DNA of 32,000 nucleotides from Candidatus Electronema halotolerans (GCA_942493095.1 OW818675.1:690001-722000), one strand, 5' to 3'. Counted from the stretch's first letter, positions 15,738-24,866 are shown. The notes: a model not told the origin generated them from the sequence alone. Numbers and translations are program-made.

Positions 15738-17501
15738 TTAGAACACGCCCTTCACCTTGCCGGTCTCCACATCCACATCAATGCGGCGGTAGGCCGGGTT
15801 GGAGGCGGTGCCTGGCATCAGGGTGATGGCCCCAGCCACTGGCACGACAAAGCCTGCGCCCTTGTAGGTCAGGATGTCGCGGATCGGCAGGGTCCAGCCC
15901 TTGGGCGCGCCCTTGAGGGACGGATCGTGCGACAGGGAAAGATGGCTCTTGACCATGCAGGTGGTCATCTCCTTCATCTCCGGGTCAGCCTCCAGCCGCT
16001 TGAGCTTGGCCTGAGCTTCCGGGGTGTAAGTCACGCCGTCGCCGCCATAAACTTCCTTGACGATCAGCTCAATGCGCTTGGAGAGCGGGGTCTCAAGGTC
16101 ATAGAGGAACTTGAACTCATTCGGCTCCTCGCAGGCATCAATGACCGCGTCAGCAAACTCCAGCGCGCCGTCGCCGCCGTACTGCCAGTGCTTGGACAGA
16201 GCCACCCGCGCTCCGGCAGACTCGCACATCCGACGCACGGCGGCAATCTCGTTGTCTGTGTCGGTGTAGAAGGCATTGATGCAGACCACCGGATTGATGC
16301 CCGCCTTCTTGACTGTCTCAATATGGTGGATGAGGTTCTTGCAGCCTTTCTCCACCCAGCCCACGTTCTCGCCCTTGTACTCTTCCGGCATTGGTCGGCC
16401 CGGCACTGGAATCGGTGCGCCGCCGTGACACTTGAGGGCGCGAATGGTGGCGACCACAACTGCGCAGTTCGGCTTGAGGCCGGAGTAGCGGCATTTGAGG
16501 TTCCAGAACTTCTCAAAACCGATGTCCGCGCCAAAGCCGGACTCTGTGATATTGTAATCAGCCAGCTTGAGAGCCACCCGGTCAGCAATGACGGAAGACT
16601 GACCAATGGCGATATTGGCGAACGGCCCGGCATGAACAATGACCGGTTGGCCCTCAATGGTCTGCATCAGGTTGGGATTGATGGCATCGACCATCCACGC
16701 GGTCATGGCACCGGCCACGTCAAGGTCAGAGGTGGTGATCGGGCGGTCCTGCTTGTCATACGCCACGACAATTTTGCCGATCCGCTCCCGCATGTCCTTC
16801 AGGTCTTTGGCAATGGAAAGGATGGCCATGATCTCGGAAGAGACCGCGATGTTGAAGCCGGACTGCATGGTCATGCCGTCCATCTTGCCGCCCAGACCAA
16901 TGGTGATGTTGCGCAGGGCTTGGGCGCAGAAATCCATGATCCAGCGGAATTCCACCTTGTTCGGGTGGATGTCCAAGCGCCGCAGGTCGCTCTGGGCCAG
17001 TCGCTCGTCCGTGTAGTTGCGCTCATGCTGCATCCGCGAGGTCAGCGCGACCATGCCCAGATTGTGGGCGTTCATGATCGCGTTGATATCGCCGGTCATG
17101 CCAAGGGAGAACGGGGTCAGCGGCACGCACTGGGCCAGACCGCCGCCTGCGGCAGAACCCTTGATGTTCATGGTCGGGCCGCCGGAAGGCTGACGGATGG
17201 CGCCGACCACCGACTTGCCGCGTTTGCCCATGCCCTGCACCAGACCCATAGCGCAGGTGGATTTGCCCTCACCGAGCGGAGTCGGGGTGATGGCGGTCAC
17301 GTCAATATACTTGCCGTCGGGCCGGTCCTTGAGGCGGTCAAGGATTTTGCGGTAGTCCAGCTTGGCTAAATAATGGCCGTGCGGCAGCAGCTCCTCCTTG
17401 TCCAAGCCGAGCTGCTCGCCCAGCTCATAGACAGTTTTCATCCGGCTTTCCGCCTCTTCGGCGATTTCCCAGTCAGCGTGTTTGGTGGGATCCAGAGCCA
17501 T
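15738..17501 (-). CDS. fhs: Formate-tetrahydrofolate ligase
   Basis: [18 protein letters not shown]...[17 protein letters not shown]... is a canonical Fhs sequence. The start is set at the ATG at 17501, with AGGAGA 7 nt upstream. The track's upstream extension to 17639 is not protein-like. Confidence 0.95.
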   Translation of the reverse strand: MALDPTKHADWEIAEEAESRMKTVYELGEQLGLDKEELLPHGHYLAKLDYRKILDRLKDRPDGKYIDVTAITPTPLGEGKSTCAMGLVQGMGKRGKSVVGAIRQPSGGPTMNIKGSAAGGGLAQCVPLTPFSLGMTGDINAIMNAHNLGMVALTSRMQHERNYTDERLAQSDLRRLDIHPNKVEFRWIMDFCAQALRNITIGLGGKMDGMTMQSGFNIAVSSEIMAILSIAKDLKDMRERIGKIVVAYDKQDRPITTSDLDVAGAMTAWMVDAINPNLMQTIEGQPVIVHAGPFANIAIGQSSVIADRVALKLADYNITESGFGADIGFEKFWNLKCRYSGLKPNCAVVVATIRALKCHGGAPIPVPGRPMPEEYKGENVGWVEKGCKNLIHHIETVKKAGINPVVCINAFYTDTDNEIAAVRRMCESAGARVALSKHWQYGGDGALEFADAVIDACEEPNEFKFLYDLETPLSKRIELIVKEVYGGDGVTYTPEAQAKLKRLEADPEMKEMTTCMVKSHLSLSHDPSLKGAPKGWTLPIRDILTYKGAGFVVPVAGAITLMPGTASNPAYRRIDVDVETGKVKGVF

Positions 17502-17734
17502 GTCGTTTCTCCTGTTGCAAGGGTTAAGATGGAAAATAAAGGCATCTTGCGGAAACGCACCGAAGCGGCGCGGCACAGACAATTTTGCAAACCCACCTTG
17601 ATAGCAAATTTTCACTGTGTTGTCAACACAGCACCGCATGGAACCGTAGAGAACAGCTACATGCTGCGTTGTGCCGCACCTGGCTGTAATCTCTTACTTT
17701 TTAATAAAATTAAAGCAGTTGCCCGCTTTCCTCC

Positions 17735-17763
17735 TTGACAAAGGGGATATTTTTCCCTTATTA
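17735..17763 (+). promoter_or_regulatory. Sigma-70-type promoter for the small ORF at 17814
   Basis: TTGACA (17735-17740), a 17-nt spacer, then TTATTA (17758-17763). Alternatively TATTAT with an 18-nt spacer. It lies in an AT-rich intergenic stretch. Confidence 0.55.
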
Positions 17764-17813
17764 TTTTAACGAATACTGAAGAACTTAATCATGAATAAAT
17801 AGGAGATATTATT

Positions 17814-17996
17814 ATGTGTAATTTTGTCCCCAAGGCTAGTGATCTGACTGACCTGAAGAAACTGATGACGAAAACTTCCTTTTTTATTCGCGAAATGTTT
17901 CGCAAGAAAGAGGAAGCTCCAGCAGCCTTTGACTTCCTTTCTCCGCCGAAAGAAGAGAAAGACCCGGAACGCGGCAGAGCCTGCTCCGCTGTCTGA
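17814..17996 (+). CDS. Hypothetical 60-aa protein; a self-contained small gene
   Basis: AGGAGA lies 8 nt upstream of the ATG. The promoter is about 50 nt upstream and a strong intrinsic terminator lies 30 nt downstream. The product, MCNFVPKASDLTDLKKLMTKTSFFIREMFRKKEEAPAAFDFLSPPKEEKDPERGRACSAV, matches no family I recognise. The locus could instead be an sRNA. Confidence 0.4.
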   Translation: MCNFVPKASDLTDLKKLMTKTSFFIREMFRKKEEAPAAFDFLSPPKEEKDPERGRACSAV

Positions 17997-18026
17997 GAAC
18001 ATCTCTCATCTCCATCTTCACCTGCC

Positions 18027-18059
18027 GCCGGGAGAATCTCCTCTCCCGGCCTTTTTTTT
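18027..18059 (+). terminator. Rho-independent terminator
   Basis: A perfect 9-bp stem, gccgggaga (18027-18035) and tctcccggc (18042-18050), with a 6-nt loop, followed by c plus T8 (18052-18059). Confidence 0.85.
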
Positions 18060-18292
18060 CGTAAGTGTCATCCTTCGTTAAGACTTTTCAAGATAGTATT
18101 TCAGGTTTCTGTTGCCATAGCTGACCACCCGTCTCTTCGAAGCGACTCTCCAAAGGATGGGAATGAAAAAAGGATGAAATTTCCCTCTGCTGGAGAGACG
18201 CAGCCTGACGGGGTGGTTGACAGGTTCCGGGAACGCCTCATGCTCAAATCAAACCTGCCGTAGGCCGGAACTGACACAAAACTAAAATATTA

Positions 18293-18327
18293 TAAAAAAC
18301 AATAAGTTGTTTAGCTTGCGAACAACT
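18293..18327 (-). terminator. Putative terminator downstream of the decarboxylase gene
   Basis: The minus strand reads agttgtt-cgcaagcta-aacaact, followed by tattgtttttt. A second GC-rich hairpin without a U-tract (ctgcgccg...cggcgcag) lies at 18357-18381. Confidence 0.5.
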
Positions 18328-18395
18328 CAGGCTGGAGGATGGGAACAGCAGGAGCACTGCGCCGCCGGAATGACGGCGCAGGGGACAGAGCGGGA

Positions 18396-19589
18396 TTACG
18401 GCAGCAGGTCGGTCGGCTCGTTGAGCACCACGATCTTTGCTCTGGGGAAGAAGTTGAAGTCAGAGGCGGAAGCGGCTGTGTAAGCTCCCATCATCCGCCC
18501 GATCACCAAGTCGCCGTTGTTCAGCTTGGGCAGCATGATGTCCTCGGCAATCACATCAATGCTGTCGCAGGTCGGCCCGGCCAGCACCGCAGGATGCAGC
18601 TCGCCCTCGTTGCGGAAGGCTTCAACCGGATAAACCGCATGATCATAGATCATGCCGCTGAAGGAGCCGTACAGGCCGTCATCCAAATAATACCACGTCC
18701 TGCCGTCGCGCTCGGCCTGGCCCATGACTGAGGCCACGGAAATGACTGCCGGAGCGACAATGAAACGGCCCGGTTCAGAGATCACATGCACGCTTTCCGG
18801 GAACTCGGCCAAGGCCTCGCGGATCGGGGCGCAGAATTCCTCAATGGCCATGACCTGATCCGTGTAATGGACCGGGAAGCCGCCGCCAATGTCCAAGGTG
18901 CTCATCTTGGGCAGGCCCAGCTCTGCGGCCCGGCGGAAAACCTCGCCGCAGGTGCGGATGGCGGTGATGTACTTTTCCGGGTTCGCGGTCTGCGAGCCGA
19001 CATGGAAGGACAGACCCTTGATGCGGATGCCAAGCCGCTGTGCCTGCCGCAGCAGCTCCAAGGCTCCGTCCGGGCTACAGCCGAATTTCTTGGACAGATC
19101 CGAATACGCATCCGCATTGCGGAAGCTGAGGCGGATGAGCAGCTCGGCCTCATCCCGGTAGGGGATGAATTTTTCCAGCTCGTTCTGATTGTCAATGACA
19201 AAAACCGTGCAGCCGTAGAGCAGGGCGTGGCGGATGTCTGAATCCCGCTTGATCGGGTGGGTGTGAATCGTCTTTTCACCGGGCACGCCGAGTTCCTGCA
19301 CCAAATCAACCTCGCCATTGGTGGCCAGATCAAAATTCGCTCCTTCTTGGAGCAGAGTTTGCACCACTGCCGGATGGGGCAGCGGCTTCAGGGCAAAGTG
19401 GGCCGCCGCTTCAGGCAGGGCTTGGCGGAGAGCGCGGTACTGACGACGGATGACATCGCAGTCCAAGAGCAGCACCGGAGTGCCGTGGAGGGCTGCCGCA
19501 GCTTGGATCAGTTCCTGTTCCGAAGTCGGACAAAAGAGTTCGGACAGGCAGGCGGGCGCGGCAGGCAGGTTGGGCAGAATGACGGACAT
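18396..19589 (-). CDS. Group IV PLP-dependent decarboxylase (ornithine/lysine/DAP decarboxylase family; ornithine-decarboxylase-like)
   Basis: FALKPLPHPAVV (PLP-binding Lys region), LSFHVGSQ, DIGGGFPV and EPGRFIVAPA motifs; 397 aa. GAGGGGGA lies upstream of the ATG. Confidence 0.8.
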   Translation of the reverse strand: MSVILPNLPAAPACLSELFCPTSEQELIQAAAALHGTPVLLLDCDVIRRQYRALRQALPEAAAHFALKPLPHPAVVQTLLQEGANFDLATNGEVDLVQELGVPGEKTIHTHPIKRDSDIRHALLYGCTVFVIDNQNELEKFIPYRDEAELLIRLSFRNADAYSDLSKKFGCSPDGALELLRQAQRLGIRIKGLSFHVGSQTANPEKYITAIRTCGEVFRRAAELGLPKMSTLDIGGGFPVHYTDQVMAIEEFCAPIREALAEFPESVHVISEPGRFIVAPAVISVASVMGQAERDGRTWYYLDDGLYGSFSGMIYDHAVYPVEAFRNEGELHPAVLAGPTCDSIDVIAEDIMLPKLNNGDLVIGRMMGAYTAASASDFNFFPRAKIVVLNEPTDLLP

Positions 19590-19998
19590 AGTATCCCCCT
19601 CAAGTTAAAGTTTGTGGAAAAAACAAAAACCTCAACTCTCTTGCTCGTTACAGTTGCTCTGCCATTACTCGCTTGGGACGATTCTGCACGGATTGGCTGG
19701 TCAGCAAGAAAAGGCACGCATAATAAATGAAATTCAATAAGTTCGCAAGCCTTTTTCAAGCTGTCAAGAATATTTTTTTCATCCCGAATTTTCGACGCTC
19801 TCCTTCTTGTTCCCCCGGAGAAAGCTGTGACCGCTGCCGCGTTCCGTCCTGAAGATTTTCAGAGAAGCTGTTTTCCGCCGTCGGTCTTGGATAATCAGTT
19901 GCTGAACCGGGCAAGTCACGTTATACCAAAGAAGACCAACTGCGGCCAAGTCCTGCTGCTTGGCTGGCTAAAATTTCTTATATCCTGAAAAAAATGCC

Positions 19999-21453
19999 AT
20001 GATGCTGAACAACAAGAATCTGCTGCGCAGCCGCTGCTTCATTGGCGGCGGCTGGACAGACGCGGTCACAGGCAAGACCATTGACGTGCATAATCCCGCC
20101 ACTGGCGAGCTGCTTGGCACGGTGCCATACTTGGGCCGGGAAGAAACCCTCCAGGCTATTGCCGCTGCTGAAGCTGCCTGGCCTGCCTGGCGGAACCGCA
20201 CCGCCCATGAGCGCAGCCGGATCATCCGTCGCTGGCACGATCTGATTGTCGAAAATCAGCGCGATTTGGCCGTGATCATGACTGCCGAGCAGGGCAAGCC
20301 CTTGGCTGAATCAATGGGTGAGATACGCTACGGAGCCAGCTTTGTCGAGTGGTTTGCCGAGGAAGGCAAACGGGTCTATGGCGACACTGTGCCAATGGCC
20401 CAGCCGGGCAAGCGGATTGTCGTGCTCAAGCAGCCGGTTGGAGTTTGCGCCGCCATCACCCCGTGGAATTTTCCCTCGTCCATGATCACCCGCAAGGCGG
20501 CCCCGGCCTTGGCCGCAGGCTGCACCGTGGTGGTCAAACCGGCCAGCCAGACCCCGTTCTCCGCCTTGGCCTTGGCCGTGCTGGCTGAAGAGGCAGGAAT
20601 GCCGCCGGGCGTGTTCAATGTGCTCACCGGTTCAGCCAAGGAAATCGGCGGCGAGCTGTGCGCCAATCCAGCAGTGCGCAAACTGAGCTTCACCGGCTCC
20701 ACGGAAATCGGCAAACTGCTGATGCGCCAGTGCGCGGACACGGTTAAGAACATTTCGCTGGAGCTGGGCGGTCATGCCCCGTTCATTGTTTTTGACGATG
20801 CTGACTTGGATGAGGCCGTGGAAGGAGCAATCGCCTCAAAATACCGCAACTCCGGCCAGACCTGCGTCTGCGCCAACCGCTTCATCATCCAAGACGGCAT
20901 TTACGCAGCCTTTGCCGAAAAGCTGGTGCAGGCAGTCAAAGACCAGCTCAAGCTGGGCAACGGCTTTGACGAGGGCGTGAATCAGGGGCCGCTGATCGAT
21001 CTCAACGCGGTGCTTAGAATGGAGGAGCAGGTCAAGGATGCGGTGGACAAAGGAGCGCGTCTTGGCTGCGGCGGCCAGCGGATAGACGGGACTGGCTTTT
21101 TCTTTGAGCCAACCGTACTCCTTGATGCCAAGCCGGACATGCGCATTGCCCAAGAAGAGACCTTTGGCCCACTGGCACCGCTGTTCCGCTTCGCAACCGA
21201 GGAGGAGGCGGTTGCCTTGGCCAATGACACGCCCTATGGCTTGGCCTCCTATTTTTACAGCCGCGACATCGGCAGGTGCTGGCGCGTGGCGGAAAATTTG
21301 GAATACGGCATGGTTGGCATCAACACCGGCATCATGTCCACCGAATCCGCGCCCTTTGGCGGCATCAAGGAATCCGGCATTGGCCGGGAAGGCTCCAAGT
21401 ACGGGATTGAGGAGTATCTGGAGCTGAAATATCTCTGTCTGGGCGGCTTGTGA
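19999..21453 (+). CDS. gabD: NAD(P)-dependent succinate-semialdehyde dehydrogenase
   Basis: An aldehyde dehydrogenase fold with ITPWNFP, the catalytic ELGGHAP and NSGQTCVCANR motifs. The N-terminus ...IGGGWTDAVTGKTIDVHNPATGELLGTVP is typical of GabD. Confidence 0.85.
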   Translation: MMLNNKNLLRSRCFIGGGWTDAVTGKTIDVHNPATGELLGTVPYLGREETLQAIAAAEAAWPAWRNRTAHERSRIIRRWHDLIVENQRDLAVIMTAEQGKPLAESMGEIRYGASFVEWFAEEGKRVYGDTVPMAQPGKRIVVLKQPVGVCAAITPWNFPSSMITRKAAPALAAGCTVVVKPASQTPFSALALAVLAEEAGMPPGVFNVLTGSAKEIGGELCANPAVRKLSFTGSTEIGKLLMRQCADTVKNISLELGGHAPFIVFDDADLDEAVEGAIASKYRNSGQTCVCANRFIIQDGIYAAFAEKLVQAVKDQLKLGNGFDEGVNQGPLIDLNAVLRMEEQVKDAVDKGARLGCGGQRIDGTGFFFEPTVLLDAKPDMRIAQEETFGPLAPLFRFATEEEAVALANDTPYGLASYFYSRDIGRCWRVAENLEYGMVGINTGIMSTESAPFGGIKESGIGREGSKYGIEEYLELKYLCLGGL

Positions 21454-21471
21454 CGCAGTGCTGAGGAAAAA

Positions 21472-21497
21472 AGGCCGCATCCCCGCTGATGCGGCCT
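21472..21497. terminator. GC-rich hairpin after gabD, with its U-tract only on the opposite strand
   Basis: aggccgcatc-cccgct-gatgcggcct forms a 10-bp stem. It is preceded by A6 and not followed by T's on the plus strand. Confidence 0.45.
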
Positions 21498-21632
21498 GAT
21501 CTGAAAAGACGATTTATCAGGACGATGCGCAGTGTTTTTTCTCAGCACCTCCAACAGGCTGCGGCTGCTCTGCCTCAGCATGGTAGTTATTGTATTTCCG
21601 TAAAAATAAAGACGTGGCAGTACCGATTCACA

Positions 21633-21661
21633 TTGTATCCAAAGCTGAGGCGATGTATAAT
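21633..21661 (+). promoter_or_regulatory. Sigma-70 promoter with an extended -10 for the collagen-like gene
   Basis: TTGTAT (21633-21638), a 17-nt spacer ending in TG, then TATAAT (21656-21661). This is about 50 nt upstream of the ATG at 21714, with GGAGA at 21701. Confidence 0.6.
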
Positions 21662-21713
21662 TATTTTCAGGAGGAGAGTGCTCACAACCAGGGTTGCCAC
21701 GGAGAATGCTCTC

Positions 21714-23894
21714 ATGAGAAAAAAAATATCCTGCCTATGCTTGGCAACACTTGCGCTGACTGTGGCCACTGTTCAGGCGGACAATAAAAACTGTGAAACC
21801 GCGTTTGCTTACGGCGACAAGGAGCTGAGTTCCTTTCTGCGCAATAACAGCTGGGGCTGGCAAATTACAGTGAACAGCGGCGACACACTCTCCAGAGCAA
21901 TATACGCTGGCGCAGGCCAGAATGATGTCAGCAAAGGAACGGAAGTCGGCAAACTGGAAGTCAGGCACGAAGGCGACAAGCTGCGGCTGACTTTTAAATT
22001 GGCTGATGGTTTTGTCAGAAAGGAAACGCATCTGTATGTAGGCAGCAGTGACATCCGCACTTCAGCTCCGGGGCAATATGTGAAATACAACATCGGCGAC
22101 ATTGAGGATATGGGTGGCGGTGTGTATCAGATTGCCATTCCTGCCGATCTGACGGACGATGTTTTGTATGTGGTTGCTCATGCGGAAGTCTGCGAAGGAG
22201 AAGCAGAGGATGGCTGCGCTGCAAGCGTTTCTTGGTGGAAGGGCGCATGGGCAGAAGATGCAGTTTACACTTCCGGCAATATTGTTCAGTATGATGGCAG
22301 CAGCTATGTCAACACCTGCTGCCCGGCTGAAGTTGGTGTTGTCCCGCCGTTGAATTTGCTTCCCAACGGCTGTTGGGATATTATGGCGGCTCAAGGCGTG
22401 ACAGGCCCTGCTGGCACGGAAGGGCCAATTGGTCCCGCCGGGCCGAAGGGTGACACTGGCGATACAGGCGACATTGGCCCACAAGGTCCGCAAGGCATTC
22501 AGGGTGAAGTTGGGCCTGCTGGTCCCACCGGAGCAACCGGACTGACAGGCGACATTGGCCCACAGGGGCCGCAGGGCATTCAAGGTGAAGTCGGGCCGAA
22601 GGGTGACACTGGTGCCGTTGGAGCGACAGGACCCACTGGTGCGACCGGAGCAACCGGCCCGCAAGGTATTCAGGGTGAAACTGGGCCTGCCGGTCCCACC
22701 GGAGCAATTGGGCCGACGGGTGAGAAAGGGGATAAGGGCGACATTGGCCTGCAAGGTCCGCAGGGCATTCAGGGTGAAGTCGGGCCGACGGGTGACACTG
22801 GTGCCGTTGGAGCCACAGGAGCAATTGGACCAACGGGGCCTGCCGGTCCCACGGGAGCCACTGGCCCTGTAGGAGCAACCGGGCCGATGGGTGACACTGG
22901 TGCCGTTGGAGCCACAGGAGCAATTGGACCAACGGGGCCTGCCGGTCCCACGGGAGCCACTGGCCCTGTAGGAGCTACCGGACCGAAGGGTGACATTGGA
23001 GCCACTGGCCCGACAGGAGCTACCGGACCGACGGGCGCAAAAGGTGATACGGGAGCTGTTGGGCCTGCCGGGCCGAAGGGTGACACTGGTGCCATTGGAG
23101 CAACCGGGCCGACAGGACCCACTGGTGCGACCGGAGCAACCGGCCCGCAAGGTCTGCAAGGCATTCAGGGTGACACTGGCGATACAGGAGCCAAGGGAGA
23201 CAGAGGCTCGCAAGGTCCTGCTGGTCCAGTCGGGCCTGCCGGGCCGCAGGGAGCCAAGGGAGAGCAGGGGCCGCAGGGACTGGTGGGAGAGAAGGGGGAT
23301 ACTGGCCCGCAAGGTCCTCCAGGCGTATGCACCTGTCCCTCTTCTGTGGAAAGCTATTCCGCGTTCAGCATGGCCGAGCCAGCCGCAGCTGATGCAATCA
23401 AGCTGGTGCCTGCGCAGTGCTATGAAGGTGAAATCATGGCAGGCATTGATCAGGATGGTCAGATCATCTGCCGTGACGCAGGCGCAAGCTGCAGCACAGC
23501 TTTTGCCTACGGCGCAACTGCATTAGAAGACATTCTCCCGGCCAAGCTCTGGGGCTGGCAGCTCACGGTGAGCAGAGGCCAGACACTGACGCAGCCGCTC
23601 TATGTTGAAGCGGTGAACAATGATCTGAGCCGGGCAGAGGCGGCAGGCAGTCTGACTGTCACCTACGCAGGGGACAAGGTGACGGTCACATTCACGATGG
23701 AGCACGAATTCACCATGCAGGAAACCCATCTGTATGTTGGCACAGGCAATGTGACAACCACCCTGCCCAGCGAGTATCCGCTGTTCCATGAAGGGCTGAA
23801 ACATGCCTTGGTTGACAGCTATGAAGTCAGGGTCAGCGGCGAGGCGGCCAGTCTGAATCTTGCCGCTCAGGCTGTAGTTTGCGAAAAAGAGTGA
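21714..23894 (+). CDS. Secreted collagen-like triple-helix-repeat protein with a duplicated terminal domain and a CBM5/12-like module
   Basis: - Signal peptide: [22 protein letters not shown].
- 103 uninterrupted G-X-Y triplets span 22395-23324.
- A ~140-aa Cys-bracketed domain (C-x-TAFAYG..WGWQ[IL]TV..ETHLYVG..VCE) is present at both ends.
- A CBM5/12-like motif is present: [22 protein letters not shown].
- The start is set at the Met with an RBS, not at the track start of 21489. Confidence 0.85.
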   Translation: MRKKISCLCLATLALTVATVQADNKNCETAFAYGDKELSSFLRNNSWGWQITVNSGDTLSRAIYAGAGQNDVSKGTEVGKLEVRHEGDKLRLTFKLADGFVRKETHLYVGSSDIRTSAPGQYVKYNIGDIEDMGGGVYQIAIPADLTDDVLYVVAHAEVCEGEAEDGCAASVSWWKGAWAEDAVYTSGNIVQYDGSSYVNTCCPAEVGVVPPLNLLPNGCWDIMAAQGVTGPAGTEGPIGPAGPKGDTGDTGDIGPQGPQGIQGEVGPAGPTGATGLTGDIGPQGPQGIQGEVGPKGDTGAVGATGPTGATGATGPQGIQGETGPAGPTGAIGPTGEKGDKGDIGLQGPQGIQGEVGPTGDTGAVGATGAIGPTGPAGPTGATGPVGATGPMGDTGAVGATGAIGPTGPAGPTGATGPVGATGPKGDIGATGPTGATGPTGAKGDTGAVGPAGPKGDTGAIGATGPTGPTGATGATGPQGLQGIQGDTGDTGAKGDRGSQGPAGPVGPAGPQGAKGEQGPQGLVGEKGDTGPQGPPGVCTCPSSVESYSAFSMAEPAAADAIKLVPAQCYEGEIMAGIDQDGQIICRDAGASCSTAFAYGATALEDILPAKLWGWQLTVSRGQTLTQPLYVEAVNNDLSRAEAAGSLTVTYAGDKVTVTFTMEHEFTMQETHLYVGTGNVTTTLPSEYPLFHEGLKHALVDSYEVRVSGEAASLNLAAQAVVCEKE
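22791..22988 (+). repeat. Tandem 99-bp duplication inside the collagen region
   Basis: Units 22791-22889 and 22890-22988 differ at 3 of 99 nt. Each encodes [32 protein letters not shown](M/K). [18 protein letters not shown] block also recurs three times upstream. Confidence 0.9.
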
Positions 23895-23945
23895 TCTCAC
23901 CGTCGGAAGAGGCCGGACAGTTTCCGGTCTCTCCGCCTGCACGCC

Positions 23946-24866
23946 TTATTTCCTCTGCTGATTGTTGACCCGTTTGAAGAGAATCACCAAGCTGCGTTTG
24001 AGCAAATTGACCGCATGATACAGATGATCCAATTCGTCATTGGATTCAGAAGGATTGGTATAGACTAAGGGCGTGTCCAGCTTGCCGGCGGCAATGGCTT
24101 CCGCGTTTCGGGTCAGCGCGACCAGCCGCACTGCCACGGAGCGGATGAAGACCACATTCAGAACCAAGGTGAAAGTCAGCAGGGCAAGAGTGTGCAGATT
24201 GATCATTGAGCGCAGCACATCCCCTGTGCCCAGCGCAGGCACAGTGACGCTGATGATCCCCCGCACCTGACCAACCTTGTAGCCAAAGGCCTTTTCGCTG
24301 CCGTATTTTTCCAGCACCGTCGGCGGCGCATCTTTGGGATCGCCATGACATTGCAGGCAGCTCTCCTCGACAAAGAGCGGGCGGGCATAGCGGTATCTTC
24401 CGTTTTCATACTGCCCGACAAATTCCAGACTCTTATCCGCCTTGAAGCGGCTGACAGCTTCCTTCTCAAAGGCATCCGGCGCATTTTCCTCTTTGCGAAA
24501 ATTATCGCTGGTCACTTTGAAGGTCGAACGGCCTCCCTCTCTTTCCACGACCATGGCCAGCTCTCTGGTGGCCAAGGCCGGATTTTTGCCGTAAAAGGCC
24601 CCGCCTGCGCCGTCTGACTGCTCTTCAAGGAAATCATGAAAGCCCGGCGGAGCAGCCTCCATGTCCATGTTCCTGACCCAGATCATGCCGCTCTGCGCGA
24701 TCCATGAGCGGAAGGCAATCACATAATCCGCCACTGCCCTGGCCTCGTTGCGGGAGACCTGCATCCGCAGCGAGTTGAGCGTGGCAAGAAAGGAGCCTGC
24801 CACCAGCAGCATGCTTAATGTGAACACAGCTAAAAATTTCAGCGGAATGCTGAATCGTCTTCCCAC
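23946..24866 (-). CDS. DUF3365-type heme-c sensor domain protein with a C-terminal TM helix and HAMP domain, and no output domain
   Basis: An N-terminal TM helix, a periplasmic domain with a CLQCHG (CxxCH) heme-c motif typical of DUF3365, a second TM helix, then a HAMP-like segment (VAVRLVALTRNAEAIAAGKLDTPL...). The ORF ends there. The start codon is GTG, with GGTG upstream. Confidence 0.65.
   Translation of the reverse strand: MGRRFSIPLKFLAVFTLSMLLVAGSFLATLNSLRMQVSRNEARAVADYVIAFRSWIAQSGMIWVRNMDMEAAPPGFHDFLEEQSDGAGGAFYGKNPALATRELAMVVEREGGRSTFKVTSDNFRKEENAPDAFEKEAVSRFKADKSLEFVGQYENGRYRYARPLFVEESCLQCHGDPKDAPPTVLEKYGSEKAFGYKVGQVRGIISVTVPALGTGDVLRSMINLHTLALLTFTLVLNVVFIRSVAVRLVALTRNAEAIAAGKLDTPLVYTNPSESNDELDHLYHAVNLLKRSLVILFKRVNNQQRK

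Noticed and set aside
15471-17369. 632-aa ORF on the plus strand
   Set aside because: It is antisense to fhs and to the clpB-fhs spacer and has an Ala/Gly/Arg/His-rich composition. It is a shadow ORF. fhs on the minus strand has unambiguous motifs.
17502-17735. ZTP (pfl) or THF riboswitch upstream of fhs
   Set aside because: The conserved ZTP elements (GACUGGCG, CCGCCUGGGC) and the THF-I core are not visible on the minus strand. This cannot be excluded without a covariance-model search, so it is reported only as an unexplained leader.
21489-21713. N-terminal extension of the collagen ORF (track start 21489), and similar extensions at 17502-17639 (fhs), 29837-29986 (kinase), 29888-30139 (REC-PATAN) and 7186-7257 (PIN)
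   Set aside because: The extensions run through promoter, terminator or repeat sequence and are not protein-like. Internal Met codons with SD sequences or conserved N-termini fit the families better.
22062-23312. 416-aa minus-strand ORF, plus other ORFs overlapping the collagen repeat region in several frames
   Set aside because: GXY-coding DNA (GGN-NNN-NNN periodicity) is stop-poor in several frames. Only the plus-strand frame gives a signal peptide, perfect GXY periodicity and the flanking domains.
22395-23324. Periodic repeats that could be mistaken for a CRISPR-like or satellite array
   Set aside because: The periodicity is 9 nt and lies in frame within a long ORF. There is no repeat-spacer organisation and there are no cas genes. 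These are coding collagen triplets.
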